From positions 3,008-67,007 of the forward strand of contig CAZTBM010000008.1 of assembly GCA_964611985.1 (NCBI GenBank): 64,000 nucleotides of DNA, written 5' to 3'. The notes below the pieces were generated by a model. That model had not been told where the DNA came from. It saw nothing but the letters and a program-made list of their open reading frames with translations, and made no database searches. A program made the translations under genes and the position numbers. Numbering within the stretch: the stretch's first letter is position 1; every line of letters starts with the position of its first letter. This document shows positions 38,089-47,796 of the stretch, one piece after another. The DNA comes from an uncultured Desulfurococcales archaeon (GTDB taxonomy: Archaea > Thermoproteota > Thermoprotei_A > CAZTBM01 > SZUA-1508).

Positions 38089-39564
38089 ATGAAGAATCTT
38101 CTAAACATGCCAGCATACAAGGTTGTTGAGCTAATAAGGGAAGGCTCAATTAGCATAGTCGACTATATATCAAAAATTATAGAGAGAATAAATAAATATA
38201 ATAATACCATTAATGCTTACATCACATTAACTCCTGAATTAGCATTAAAAAGAGCTGAGACGCTTGAAAAGAAATTGAAAAGAGGAGAGAAATGTGGAAA
38301 ACTGATTGGACTCCCAGTAGCTGTTAAAGATAACATCTCGACTAAGGGGATTGAAACTACCTGTGCTTCACGTATATTAAAAGGTTATAAACCACCGTTT
38401 AATGCGACGGTGATAGATAGGATACTAGCCGAGGATGCTATAATAATAGGAAAGACCAACATGGACGAGTTTGCTATGGGTTCAACAACAGAGACAAGTG
38501 CTTACGGTCCAACAAGGAACCCGTGGAACATAAACCATGTTCCTGGAGGATCTTCTGGCGGGAGTGCTACAGCACTCGCAGCTGGAATGGCACCCTTAGC
38601 ATTAGGTAGTGATACTGGAGGTTCAATAAGATGTCCAGCTGCATACACGGCTACATGCGGATTAAAGACAACTTATGGTCTTGTAAGTAGATATGGGTTA
38701 ATACCTTATGCTAATAGTCTTGAACAGATAGGACCTATGGCCAGAAATGTAAGAGATATTGCACTCTTACTCTCCGTAATAGCTGGTCATGACCCTAAGG
38801 ATTCAACCTCTCTCAATATACCATCTCATGATTACTACTCTAATATTCAACCTGTAGAGCCTCGAGGTATGAAAATCGCTATAATAAAGGAGATGACTTA
38901 CGAAGGTGTTGATGAAAGGATAGTTAAAGCACTTCATAAGATTGTAGAGAGGCTGGATTCTGAAGGTGCAGTAGTTGATGAGGTAAGTGTACCAATTATA
39001 CCATACACCTTACCAGCATACTATATTATAGCTATGGCTGAGGCCTCATCAAACTTAGCAAGATATGATGGCACGAGATATGGGCTTACCATACGCTATG
39101 GTTCATGGGATGAATCGGTTATGGAAACACGAGCTAAGGGTTTCGGTACGGAGGTCAAAAGGAGAATAATGCTTGGGTCTTTTGTTCTCTCAGCTGGATA
39201 TAGAGAACATTACTACATTAAAGCTTTGAAAATTAGGCGTTTAATTAGAGATGAGTTCCTTAGAATATTTAAGAAATATGATATAGCATTATCCCCCACA
39301 ATGCCTATACCACCACCAAGAATAGGTGAGAGAATAAAAGATCCTCTACAACTATATGCTATGGATATCGAGACAGTCCCTATAAATCTTGCTGGAATAC
39401 CGGCACTTAATATACCACTATCATTCATTGATGGATTACCAGTAGGATTACAAATAATGGGACCTCCCTTAAGTGAAGAAAAACTTCTCTCTATAGGCTT
39501 ACTCTTTGAGGAAATAGTAGGTATAAAGGACATGGTTGCAGAGGTGCAAAGTAAGTATGGATAA
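38089..39564 (+). CDS. gatA: Asp/Glu-tRNA amidotransferase subunit A
   Basis: AVKDNI, GKTNMDEFAMGS, PGGSSGGS, GSDTGGSIRCPA, SNLARYDG, EVKRRIMLG. Confidence 0.96.
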   Translation: MKNLLNMPAYKVVELIREGSISIVDYISKIIERINKYNNTINAYITLTPELALKRAETLEKKLKRGEKCGKLIGLPVAVKDNISTKGIETTCASRILKGYKPPFNATVIDRILAEDAIIIGKTNMDEFAMGSTTETSAYGPTRNPWNINHVPGGSSGGSATALAAGMAPLALGSDTGGSIRCPAAYTATCGLKTTYGLVSRYGLIPYANSLEQIGPMARNVRDIALLLSVIAGHDPKDSTSLNIPSHDYYSNIQPVEPRGMKIAIIKEMTYEGVDERIVKALHKIVERLDSEGAVVDEVSVPIIPYTLPAYYIIAMAEASSNLARYDGTRYGLTIRYGSWDESVMETRAKGFGTEVKRRIMLGSFVLSAGYREHYYIKALKIRRLIRDEFLRIFKKYDIALSPTMPIPPPRIGERIKDPLQLYAMDIETVPINLAGIPALNIPLSFIDGLPVGLQIMGPPLSEEKLLSIGLLFEEIVGIKDMVAEVQSKYG

Positions 39565-41002
39565 GGATATAGATGTTAAGATAGGACTTGAAATACACGT
39601 TCAAATAACGTCCCTTAAGACTAAATTATTCTGCTCTTGTCCAACAGATTACCGTGGTAAACCTGCAAACATTAACGTTTGTCCCGTCTGTTTAGGCCTA
39701 CCTGGAGCTTTACCTGTAGTTAATGAGGGAGCTCTTAAGAAAGCTATTATGACGGCTTTAGCATTAAATTGTAAAGTAAATCCTGTTGTAATTTTCAGTA
39801 GAAAACATTACTTCTATCCTGATTTACCCAAAAACTACCAAATAACACAATATGCTGGTGCAGGAGCTCCGATAGGAACAAACGGCTACATAGATATACA
39901 CTATGAGGGAAAAACTAAGCGTATTAGAATTAGAAGGTTACATTTAGAAGAAGACCCTGGTAGACTTGTTTATCCCGGCAAGAGCATAGTCTCAAGCCCT
40001 CATGTTCTAATCGATTATAACAGATCAGGTATAGCACTCCTAGAGATAGTAACCGAGCCGGACATGACATCACCTCGTGAAGCAAGATTACTACTAGACA
40101 AATTGAGAGCAATACTCGAGTATCTTGAGGTTTCCGATTTAACATTAGAAGGGGCTATGAGAGTTGATGCTAACATATCTATCACTGGTGGTGAAAGAGT
40201 AGAAATTAAGAACATAGGCTCAATAAGTGATGTTGAAAAGGCATTAACATATGAGGTTGTTAGACAACGTGAGATACTACGTAGAGGCGGAGAGGTAAAA
40301 CGTGAAACGAGACATTGGGATTCACTTAGAGGAGTAACTGTAACTCTTAGAGAGAAAGAGGAAGAGGAGGACTATAGATACTTTCCAGATCCTGATCTTC
40401 CACCAATAGTTGTGTCAGAGGATCTTGTAGAGAAGATAAAGCTAGCACTACCCGAATTACCTGACCAGAAAGCTGAAAGATTCATGAAGCAATACTCACT
40501 ATCAAAGCCTATAGCACATACGCTTGTGCTCTATAAGAAACTAGCAGATTTCTTTGAAGAGGCAGTAAAAATTCATTATAATCCTAAGAGAATAGCTACA
40601 ATATTAATAACAGATTATCTCAGTTGCCTAAAGAAACACGGCTTAAAAGTGGGTGAAGACAAAGCAACACCGGAGAAAATAGCCAAACTGGTTAAAATGG
40701 TTGATAAAGGAGTTATAAGCGTTAATGTGGCCAAGGATTTAACATTCAGAGTAATACTAGAAGGAATAGACCCAGAGAATGAAGTTAAAAAGCTCGGATT
40801 AACACGAATAGAGGATACAGAGTACCTAATGAGGATCGTAAGGGAAGTGCTAGCAGAATATCCAAAAGCTGTGGAAGACGCCAAAAAGAATCCTAAGGTA
40901 ATAAACTTCCTAATAGGGATGACTATGAAAAAGAGTAGAGGAAGGTTAGATCCAAAGAAGGCTCGTGAAGCTATAATTAAAGAGTTAAAATTAAAGGTGT
41001 AG
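39557..41002 (+). CDS. gatB: Asp/Glu-tRNA amidotransferase subunit B
   Basis: IGLEIHVQ, CPVCLGLPGALP, RKHYFYPDLPKNYQITQ, HLEEDPG, DYNRSG, DYRYFPDPDL. Confidence 0.96.
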   Translation: MDKDIDVKIGLEIHVQITSLKTKLFCSCPTDYRGKPANINVCPVCLGLPGALPVVNEGALKKAIMTALALNCKVNPVVIFSRKHYFYPDLPKNYQITQYAGAGAPIGTNGYIDIHYEGKTKRIRIRRLHLEEDPGRLVYPGKSIVSSPHVLIDYNRSGIALLEIVTEPDMTSPREARLLLDKLRAILEYLEVSDLTLEGAMRVDANISITGGERVEIKNIGSISDVEKALTYEVVRQREILRRGGEVKRETRHWDSLRGVTVTLREKEEEEDYRYFPDPDLPPIVVSEDLVEKIKLALPELPDQKAERFMKQYSLSKPIAHTLVLYKKLADFFEEAVKIHYNPKRIATILITDYLSCLKKHGLKVGEDKATPEKIAKLVKMVDKGVISVNVAKDLTFRVILEGIDPENEVKKLGLTRIEDTEYLMRIVREVLAEYPKAVEDAKKNPKVINFLIGMTMKKSRGRLDPKKAREAIIKELKLKV

Positions 41003-41007
41003 GGGCA

Positions 41008-42321
41008 ATGACTCTTAGATCACACTATGTCAAGGAAGTATTCAAATTAGACACTCCTTCAGAAGTGAAACTTGCAGGATGGATATATAGGATTAGAGAC
41101 TTAGGGGGAGTAAAGTTTCTACTCTTAAGAGATAAAACTGGTATTATACAAATTGTGGTAAAGAAAGATAAGGCACCTAAAGCATATGATGTAGCCGAAA
41201 CACTAACAGAAGAATCAATAGTAGTGGTGGAAGGTCTAACTAGAAAAGATGAAAGAGCTCCAGGCGGTATTGAAGTATTAGCATCAAATATAACGGTATT
41301 GAATAGAGCACAAAAACCCTTACCACTTAGTTTAAATAGAGACATGAATAATTTAGGTAAAAGACTAGACTGGAGATTTTTAGACCTAAGAAATAATCTC
41401 ACTCAACTAATATTCATTGTTAAGAGTGAAGTAGCTAATGCAATAAGGGAATACTTTAGATCAAAAGGGTTCATAGAGATTTTTACATCAAAAATTGTTG
41501 CTCAAGCAACTGAAGGAGGGGCAAACGTCTTTCCATTAGTATACTTCGGTAAAGAAGCATTTCTTGCCCAAAGCCCACAATTATATAAACAATTGATGAT
41601 GGCTACAGGAGTAGATAAAGTATTTGAAATAGGACCAGTATTTAGGGCAGAGAAGCATCACACAATAAGGCATCTATGTGAATATCATTCAGTAGACTAT
41701 GAAATGGCATTCATAGAGGATTACAATGAAGTAATGGATATAGCTGAAGGGCTGGTGAGGCACGTCATAAGGAAATTAGAAAAAGAAATGGGCTCAGAGA
41801 TTGAAGAAAAATTTGGTCCACTACCTTCAATTCCTAAGAGTGTACCAAGAATAACGATTAAAGAGGCTTATAGAACACTTAGAAGCATGGGAAGAGACAT
41901 CAAAGAGGGCGATGATTTAAGTAGTGATGAAGAAGAATTATTAGCTAACTTTATTAAGAAAGAGTATGGATCAGATCTTTTCTTCATTACAGAGTATCCA
42001 TGGAAGATTAGACCATTCTACACTATGAAGAAACTTGATGACCCTCAATACACATATAGCTTTGACTTAATACTTAGGGGACTAGAAATAGCAACAGGTG
42101 GTCAGAGAGAACACCGTTATGAAGTATTGGTGAAACAAATTAAGGAGAAGGGGCTGAATCCTCTGAGCTTTAGGTTTTACACTGAATACTTTAAGTATGG
42201 TATGCCTCCTCATGGTGGTGCTGGCTTAGGCTTAGAGAGATTAGTAATGAAGCTGCTAAGTTTAAAGAACATTAGGGAAGCAAGGCTTACACCCAGAGAC
42301 CCGGAAAGGCTCTTCCCTTAA
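41008..42321 (+). CDS. aspS: archaeal aspartate--tRNA ligase, non-discriminating type
   Basis: [39 protein letters not shown]; anticodon loop RAPGG contains the Pro typical of ND-AspRS. Confidence 0.92.
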   Translation: MTLRSHYVKEVFKLDTPSEVKLAGWIYRIRDLGGVKFLLLRDKTGIIQIVVKKDKAPKAYDVAETLTEESIVVVEGLTRKDERAPGGIEVLASNITVLNRAQKPLPLSLNRDMNNLGKRLDWRFLDLRNNLTQLIFIVKSEVANAIREYFRSKGFIEIFTSKIVAQATEGGANVFPLVYFGKEAFLAQSPQLYKQLMMATGVDKVFEIGPVFRAEKHHTIRHLCEYHSVDYEMAFIEDYNEVMDIAEGLVRHVIRKLEKEMGSEIEEKFGPLPSIPKSVPRITIKEAYRTLRSMGRDIKEGDDLSSDEEELLANFIKKEYGSDLFFITEYPWKIRPFYTMKKLDDPQYTYSFDLILRGLEIATGGQREHRYEVLVKQIKEKGLNPLSFRFYTEYFKYGMPPHGGAGLGLERLVMKLLSLKNIREARLTPRDPERLFP

Positions 42322-42905
42322 GGTAATGGAACGTAATGAAAGAAGAACGATACTATAATAATGGGAATAATATAGCCCTCAATAACCTGAACTATGTTGT
42401 GTCGTTTAAGTTTAATTCTAGCATAAGCTATCATGAAGGATATAAGAATGAGAAATAATGTCAGGTCATAAAATCCCATATAGTAAAGTATTATAGATGG
42501 TAGTATTATCCCCGTTACATGTAAACATACTTTATCGATTAATGTCACAAATGTAACAGTAATTAAAACAATCAAGTATATTAATGATATAGTACATAGT
42601 ACATTAACCTTCAGGAACAAGTAGTATATAACGAATGCTATAGCGTAAAATAGTGCATCAACTAGAAGTATTTTTGGTCTTACTCGTCTATCACTAACAT
42701 CAATATCTACTCTCCCCTTCTTATGAAGGAGGATATGATATATTAAGGGCATTACTGCAATAAACAATATACCTGGCAAGCTATAACTCACATTGAGCCT
42801 ATACCTATTACATAGAACTATAAATAAGTACACGGGATGAACATAGGGGTTTAGTATTATGGAAACCACTTGGGCCCACATGGCATTCATTATCTTAATC
42901 CTCAC
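42318..42905 (-). CDS. membrane protein, possibly PAP2-like
   Basis: About 6 TM segments; KVCLHVTG and RIKLKRH...QVIEG resemble PAP2 motifs. Confidence 0.6.
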   Translation of the reverse strand: MRIKIMNAMWAQVVSIILNPYVHPVYLFIVLCNRYRLNVSYSLPGILFIAVMPLIYHILLHKKGRVDIDVSDRRVRPKILLVDALFYAIAFVIYYLFLKVNVLCTISLIYLIVLITVTFVTLIDKVCLHVTGIILPSIILYYMGFYDLTLFLILISFMIAYARIKLKRHNIVQVIEGYIIPIIIVSFFFHYVPLP

Positions 42906-42996
42906 CTTAATGGTAAATGTACCAATATTACTTTAATCTATCACTACATGAGTTAGTAGAGGATGACTTACACCTAGCTTTTATAAATCCTTAGCC

Positions 42997-44292
42997 TCAA
43001 ATTTTAGGTTTAACCATAATTACCCCTTTCTCCCTTAGTTCATTTATTACTTGTGCTAATTTTTCTTGTTTAATCCACTCTCCGTAAATTTCACCTTTAC
43101 CAAGATGTTTTAAAAGGAACTTTCTAACGTTGGACGGTATTGTACCTGGTTTTGCAAAAGCTAATGGTGTACCTGGTAGGGGGAGAAAAGTATGTGCATG
43201 TATCCTAGCACCTAATGATATCATTTTCTCCATAACCTTTATTGTCAGTTCTATGTCCTCCTCATCCTCGTAAGGTAAGCCGAATATGAAGTCTACATCA
43301 ACTATGAATCCATACTTTATAGCTATCTCTACAGCGTTAATTGCATCCTCTACTGTATGTTCTCGACGTAAAAGTTTCAATATTCTCTCACTGCCAGACT
43401 GTACACCTATGATTATGCGTTTATTGTTAACATATTTCTTTAAAACTTTAATGCTTTCTTTCGTAACAAATTCCGGTCGTACCTCACTAGGAAAACTACC
43501 AAAGAACACTCTACCACTATATCTATCACATACCTTTCGGAGTCTGTGAAGTAATTCTTCTATTACATCAAGTTCTAGTGTTTTTCCCGTAAGACTACCA
43601 TAACATAAGGAGTTGGGTGAAATGAACCTTATGTCCTTTAACCCATATTTCAACATGCACTCTACATACTCCAATATACATTCAATACTTCTATGTCTAG
43701 GCCTTACACCATGAATGTATGGTGTTTGACAATAAGCACAAACATAAGGACACCCTCTTGTTATCTCTATCGGATTAAAAAGCCTCCTCCTCAAAGATAT
43801 AGGCGGGTAATTATCTAAATTTATGGGGTTCTGTTTTCCCGTGAAGATTATTTTATCATTATATGACCTAAACATTATCCCTTTTACACTAGGTTGGTCA
43901 TATCCCTCCATAAGTTCACGTAGGAATTCTACTAAAGTGTTTTCTGCTTCACCTATAAATACATAGTCAAACCCCATTTTAAGTGTGCCATAGGGGTCGC
44001 CTGTTGCATGGGGTCCTCCCGCAATTAATATTACGTTACTTGGTTTATGTGTAACAAGAAGTCTTATCTTATCTAGAATGAAGGGTATTTGTGTAGTTAG
44101 AAGGCTAAAGGCAACTACTAAGAAATCATACATTCTTGATAATTCTCTGACCTTAAAGATTAAAGGTTCCTCCTCTAGTACTAAGTGTTGATGAACTTGT
44201 GGGATATACTTATCAATACTAGCAATTAATGCATGAATGCTATACTTATTAGCTTTAGAGTAATGATAGACTATTGCAATCTTTTTCATCAT
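42997..44292 (-). CDS. B12-binding-domain radical SAM protein (TIGR04013-like)
   Basis: AGGPHATG B12-domain motif, GEAE, EITRGCPYVCAYC (CxxxCxxC), PSEVRPE, GVQSGS, HTFLPLPGTP; start ATG 44292 preferred over ORF-track 44523. Confidence 0.85.
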   Translation of the reverse strand: MMKKIAIVYHYSKANKYSIHALIASIDKYIPQVHQHLVLEEEPLIFKVRELSRMYDFLVVAFSLLTTQIPFILDKIRLLVTHKPSNVILIAGGPHATGDPYGTLKMGFDYVFIGEAENTLVEFLRELMEGYDQPSVKGIMFRSYNDKIIFTGKQNPINLDNYPPISLRRRLFNPIEITRGCPYVCAYCQTPYIHGVRPRHRSIECILEYVECMLKYGLKDIRFISPNSLCYGSLTGKTLELDVIEELLHRLRKVCDRYSGRVFFGSFPSEVRPEFVTKESIKVLKKYVNNKRIIIGVQSGSERILKLLRREHTVEDAINAVEIAIKYGFIVDVDFIFGLPYEDEEDIELTIKVMEKMISLGARIHAHTFLPLPGTPLAFAKPGTIPSNVRKFLLKHLGKGEIYGEWIKQEKLAQVINELREKGVIMVKPKI

Positions 44293-44401
44293 GTGATAGC
44301 ATAAGTGTATAATTGGTTTATAACTTTTTATTAAGCTAAAACTATGATCTTCTATAATTTGAAATATTCTAGATATGATAGTTAAACTTGGGTAGAGAGA
44401 T

Positions 44402-45121
44402 ATGTCTATTACAGAATTTATAAGAAGGACTAGTGAGAAGGAATTTGCAAAATATATTGACAATACTATGCTTAAACCTGATGCAACAGTTGATATAATC
44501 AAAAAATATGTTGATGAAAGCATAGAATATAACTTTCAATGTCTTGTTGTAAATCCATACTACGTGAGTGTTGTTAAAGAGCTTAGTAAAGGCATGTTGA
44601 GAATAGGCACTGTTATAGGATTCCCCTTGGGTGCTAGTAAAACTGAGGTTAAAATATTTGAAGCTAAAAAGGCTGTGGAGGACGGTGCAAGTGAAGTCGA
44701 TATGGTCTTGAATATAAGCGCATTTAAGAGTGGAAACTTAGACTATGTCTTAAACGATATAAAGGCTGTAGTTAAAGAAGTTAAAGAATATGGAGACATA
44801 GTAGTTAAGGTCATTATTGAAGCTGGCTTATTGAGTGATGAAGAAAAGATAAAAGCCGTTGATATAATCTCGAACGCTGGTGCAGACTACGTTAAGACGA
44901 GTACAGGGTTTATTGCTGGCGGAGCTACTATTCATGATGTTCAATTATTGTACCAAGCTGCAAGAGGTAGGGTAAAGGTGAAAGCCTCTGGAGGCATAAG
45001 ACACGCTGAAGATGCTATAGCATTAATACTGGCAGGAGCAGATAGGATAGGTACTAGTACAGGGTCTAAAATAATGAAGGAATATATTAGTTTAAGAAAG
45101 AAGCTTTATAAAGGAGATTAA
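44402..45121 (+). CDS. deoC: deoxyribose-phosphate aldolase
   Basis: IDNTMLKP, VIGFPLG, GASEVDMV, KVIIE, DYVKTSTG, KASGGIR, RIGTS. Confidence 0.96.
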   Translation: MSITEFIRRTSEKEFAKYIDNTMLKPDATVDIIKKYVDESIEYNFQCLVVNPYYVSVVKELSKGMLRIGTVIGFPLGASKTEVKIFEAKKAVEDGASEVDMVLNISAFKSGNLDYVLNDIKAVVKEVKEYGDIVVKVIIEAGLLSDEEKIKAVDIISNAGADYVKTSTGFIAGGATIHDVQLLYQAARGRVKVKASGGIRHAEDAIALILAGADRIGTSTGSKIMKEYISLRKKLYKGD

Positions 45122-45132
45122 TGAGTAGACAA

Positions 45133-45208
45133 TTTGATGATGACTGGTATTACCTTCGAAACCCTAGTATCCCCTAGGGGGATGTGAGACCCCTAGACAC
45201 TGATTCAA
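45133..45208 (+). ncRNA. box C/D methylation-guide sRNA with insertion between D' and C'
   Basis: C ATGATGA 45137-45143, guide CTGGTATTACC complementary to the 16S 530-loop GGUAAUACCAG, D' TCGA 45156-45159, C' GATGTGA 45181-45187, D CTGA 45200-45203. Confidence 0.85.
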
Positions 45209-45219
45209 TACTGATGCAA

Positions 45220-45639
45220 TTAAACAGTTAATTCAGCTAAAAGTTCATGAATGTGTTTTTCTATCCTATTTAACTTATATGATAGTTTTGGAAGTGTACC
45301 TTTCATTTCGAGTTTCAGATTTAAGATAAGATCATTCAATGGTATTATTTTAGATCTGTAATCACCAAATATTTCAATTGTTTCAAGTCTTATCATCGCT
45401 CTTTCAAAAATTAATTGAATTCTTGATATCCTTCTAAGTATCTCTCTAACGGTTGCTAATTCTCTAGCGTACATTAAAGCTCTCATCTCATCCTTTCTCA
45501 TTTTAGCCTCAATAATCTTTTCTAGGAGTTCTTGTTCTTTATGTTTAAATTTCTTATATAATATTTCAACTTTGAAATTTTCTGAAATCAATAGATTCTT
45601 GACTTGCGCTATGATCCTCGAGATTTCAGCTTCCTTCAT
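45220..45639 (-). CDS. short ESCRT-III (CdvB/Snf7-like) paralogue
   Basis: EAKMRKDEMRALMYARELATVRE and IQLIFERAMIRLET parallel the adjacent CdvB core helices. Confidence 0.75.
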   Translation of the reverse strand: MKEAEISRIIAQVKNLLISENFKVEILYKKFKHKEQELLEKIIEAKMRKDEMRALMYARELATVREILRRISRIQLIFERAMIRLETIEIFGDYRSKIIPLNDLILNLKLEMKGTLPKLSYKLNRIEKHIHELLAELTV

Positions 45640-45675
45640 ATTTCATGTCCTCGATACTAGGAAAAAGCTATTAAC

Positions 45676-46326
45676 TCACTTTAACCCTATACTGACCTTC
45701 TCGCCAAGACGTGTTGGCAGTTCTGGGAAGCTCTCTTTCATTCTTTGCTCAGCTACTGCTGTAGCCTCCTCTAGAATCTTCTTAGCCTCAGATGATGTAA
45801 TTGAAACCGCTATACTCCTATCTGCAAAGCTTCCCATTTCTATAATCATACTATTCATCATTTCCTCTAACTCTGCTAGCTCAAATCCAACCTCTGGGAT
45901 AACTCCCTTCACCATACCCCTAAGCTGTCTTAACACTGACACTAATGGCGCCATTGCTACAGCTACTTCACCCAGCTCTTCAATAGTCTCTAGTCTCAGC
46001 ATAACTTGCTCTAATGCAACTTGCGTAACAAGGAGGTACTTGACAAGTTTTCTTACTTCCGCTACTTCAGAGGCGTATATTGCTGCTCTAGCCTCATCCT
46101 TTACCATTAAGGCTTCGACTACTTTTTCGAAGAGTACTTTATCTCTTTCCCTCATCTTGTTCATTAGGAATTCAAGTCTATTCACTATAGTTTTAAGCTT
46201 GTAATTAGCTAGTGCAATTTTATATCTTAGTGGTGGGTCCTTACCCAGTATCTTGCCTATCTTCTCCCTTAGACCCTCCTTTGGCTTAGCATCCCAATCC
46301 TTACTAAAATTAGCTAAGGCACCCAA
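45676..46326 (-). CDS. ESCRT-III cell division protein (CdvB1/2-like)
   Basis: RERDKVLFEKVV..., ARAAIYASEVAEVRK, LEQVMLRLET, EAKKILEEA..AEQRMKESFPELP. Confidence 0.88.
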   Translation of the reverse strand: MGALANFSKDWDAKPKEGLREKIGKILGKDPPLRYKIALANYKLKTIVNRLEFLMNKMRERDKVLFEKVVEALMVKDEARAAIYASEVAEVRKLVKYLLVTQVALEQVMLRLETIEELGEVAVAMAPLVSVLRQLRGMVKGVIPEVGFELAELEEMMNSMIIEMGSFADRSIAVSITSSEAKKILEEATAVAEQRMKESFPELPTRLGEKVSIGLK

Positions 46327-46458
46327 CTAATACACCTCATTGTTTCTACTTAAACCTTAAATATATATTAAAGGTGTAAGGGGTAGTATTACTAATTAGA
46401 AAGATACAATAAATACTAAGGAAGCTTATGTAGAGAAAGAATAGTATTAGAGAAAAAT

Positions 46459-47796
46459 TTACAATGTATGTTTTGACGTATGTACATTCCTTACTAGTAT
46501 AAATGGTGTTATAACAGGCTTATCTATCTCCCACCACTTAGCTTGATAAGATTCTTTACCTAATGCGACTATGTTACTTAGAAGCCTTGGGAGCTTATCA
46601 GCTATTCTAAGCTTTGATGTTGCTTTCACTATTCTACCATTTTCTATAAGGAATATTGCATCTCTCAGTATCGTCGAGAATGTGCCATCAATGTAGTTTT
46701 GGAGTCTAGTATACCAATTGTTAGTTACTAATAATCCACGTTTAACCTCACCAATTAACTCATCCTCTTTAAGGTCTCCAGCTTGAACCACCAAATTCCA
46801 TGGCTCTGGCATGATCCAGCCGGCATTACCTGTACTCTTAGTACCATGTTTCTTAGCAGTCTTAGTATTATGTAAGATGTTCTTCAATATGCCTTTCTCT
46901 ATAATAGGTTTAGTATATGTTGGGACACCTTCATCATCGAATGATGCTGAATTGTACGCGTCTTCAAGTCTAGGGTCATCTATTAATGTTAGTTTATCTG
47001 AAGCCACCTTCTCTCCTAATTTCTTACCCATGAATATGGAGAATCCCATATCTATTGCCATAGCCGATGCCATGAACCCTATAAGGCTTAAGAGGTTACC
47101 AGCAACCATAGGTGATAGAATTATATCATATACTCCTGGTTCTAAAGGCTCAGGCCTTCTTGATTCAATAGCATACTCGGTAGCTCTATTAACAGTTTCC
47201 TCAATAAGCTTTAAATCTAGTTTACTACTTGACATGCCCCATTGGCCGCTACCTTCATCCTTGAACGCTCTTATGTATATGTTAAAGCCTGTTGCCTCTT
47301 CATATAATGATACGCCAGTGGATGTAGCTAAAGCTTTACCTTCATATTCTAATGTTAATACTCCAGCGGTTTCATCAACTTTAATGCTACTCAATGCTGA
47401 AAATAGTTTGTCGACTACTTTTTCAGGGTTTTTCAGGGCATCAATTACTCTCTTATCGGTAATACCCTTTAGAAAATCTATTCTTGAAGGCTCTGGTAAT
47501 GGAGCATAGTACTCGGACTGTTCAACTGATTCAGAAACATTTAGGATGTCATCGATGGCTTTTAATACTTCATCAGGGTTTTTGAGCGTGTAAGATGTTA
47601 CGAAGATCCTCTTATTCTTAACTAGATACAGATTGATGACAATATTACTCCAGTGCTGTATGACACTAGGCTGGCTATTGGCTATCTTAATCATTACTTC
47701 ATTATTTCTAACAGCGAGTACTGCTGCTTCATCAAATCCTTTTCTACATGCGTTCTCTTTAATCTTTTCAGCTAAAGATACAAGTACATCTTTCAT
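46459..47796 (-). CDS. TldE/PmbA family protein
   Basis: FDDEGVPT, STGNAG, PWNL; ATG 47796 overlaps the tldD stop (ATGA). Confidence 0.88.
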   Translation of the reverse strand: MKDVLVSLAEKIKENACRKGFDEAAVLAVRNNEVMIKIANSQPSVIQHWSNIVINLYLVKNKRIFVTSYTLKNPDEVLKAIDDILNVSESVEQSEYYAPLPEPSRIDFLKGITDKRVIDALKNPEKVVDKLFSALSSIKVDETAGVLTLEYEGKALATSTGVSLYEEATGFNIYIRAFKDEGSGQWGMSSSKLDLKLIEETVNRATEYAIESRRPEPLEPGVYDIILSPMVAGNLLSLIGFMASAMAIDMGFSIFMGKKLGEKVASDKLTLIDDPRLEDAYNSASFDDEGVPTYTKPIIEKGILKNILHNTKTAKKHGTKSTGNAGWIMPEPWNLVVQAGDLKEDELIGEVKRGLLVTNNWYTRLQNYIDGTFSTILRDAIFLIENGRIVKATSKLRIADKLPRLLSNIVALGKESYQAKWWEIDKPVITPFILVRNVHTSKHTL

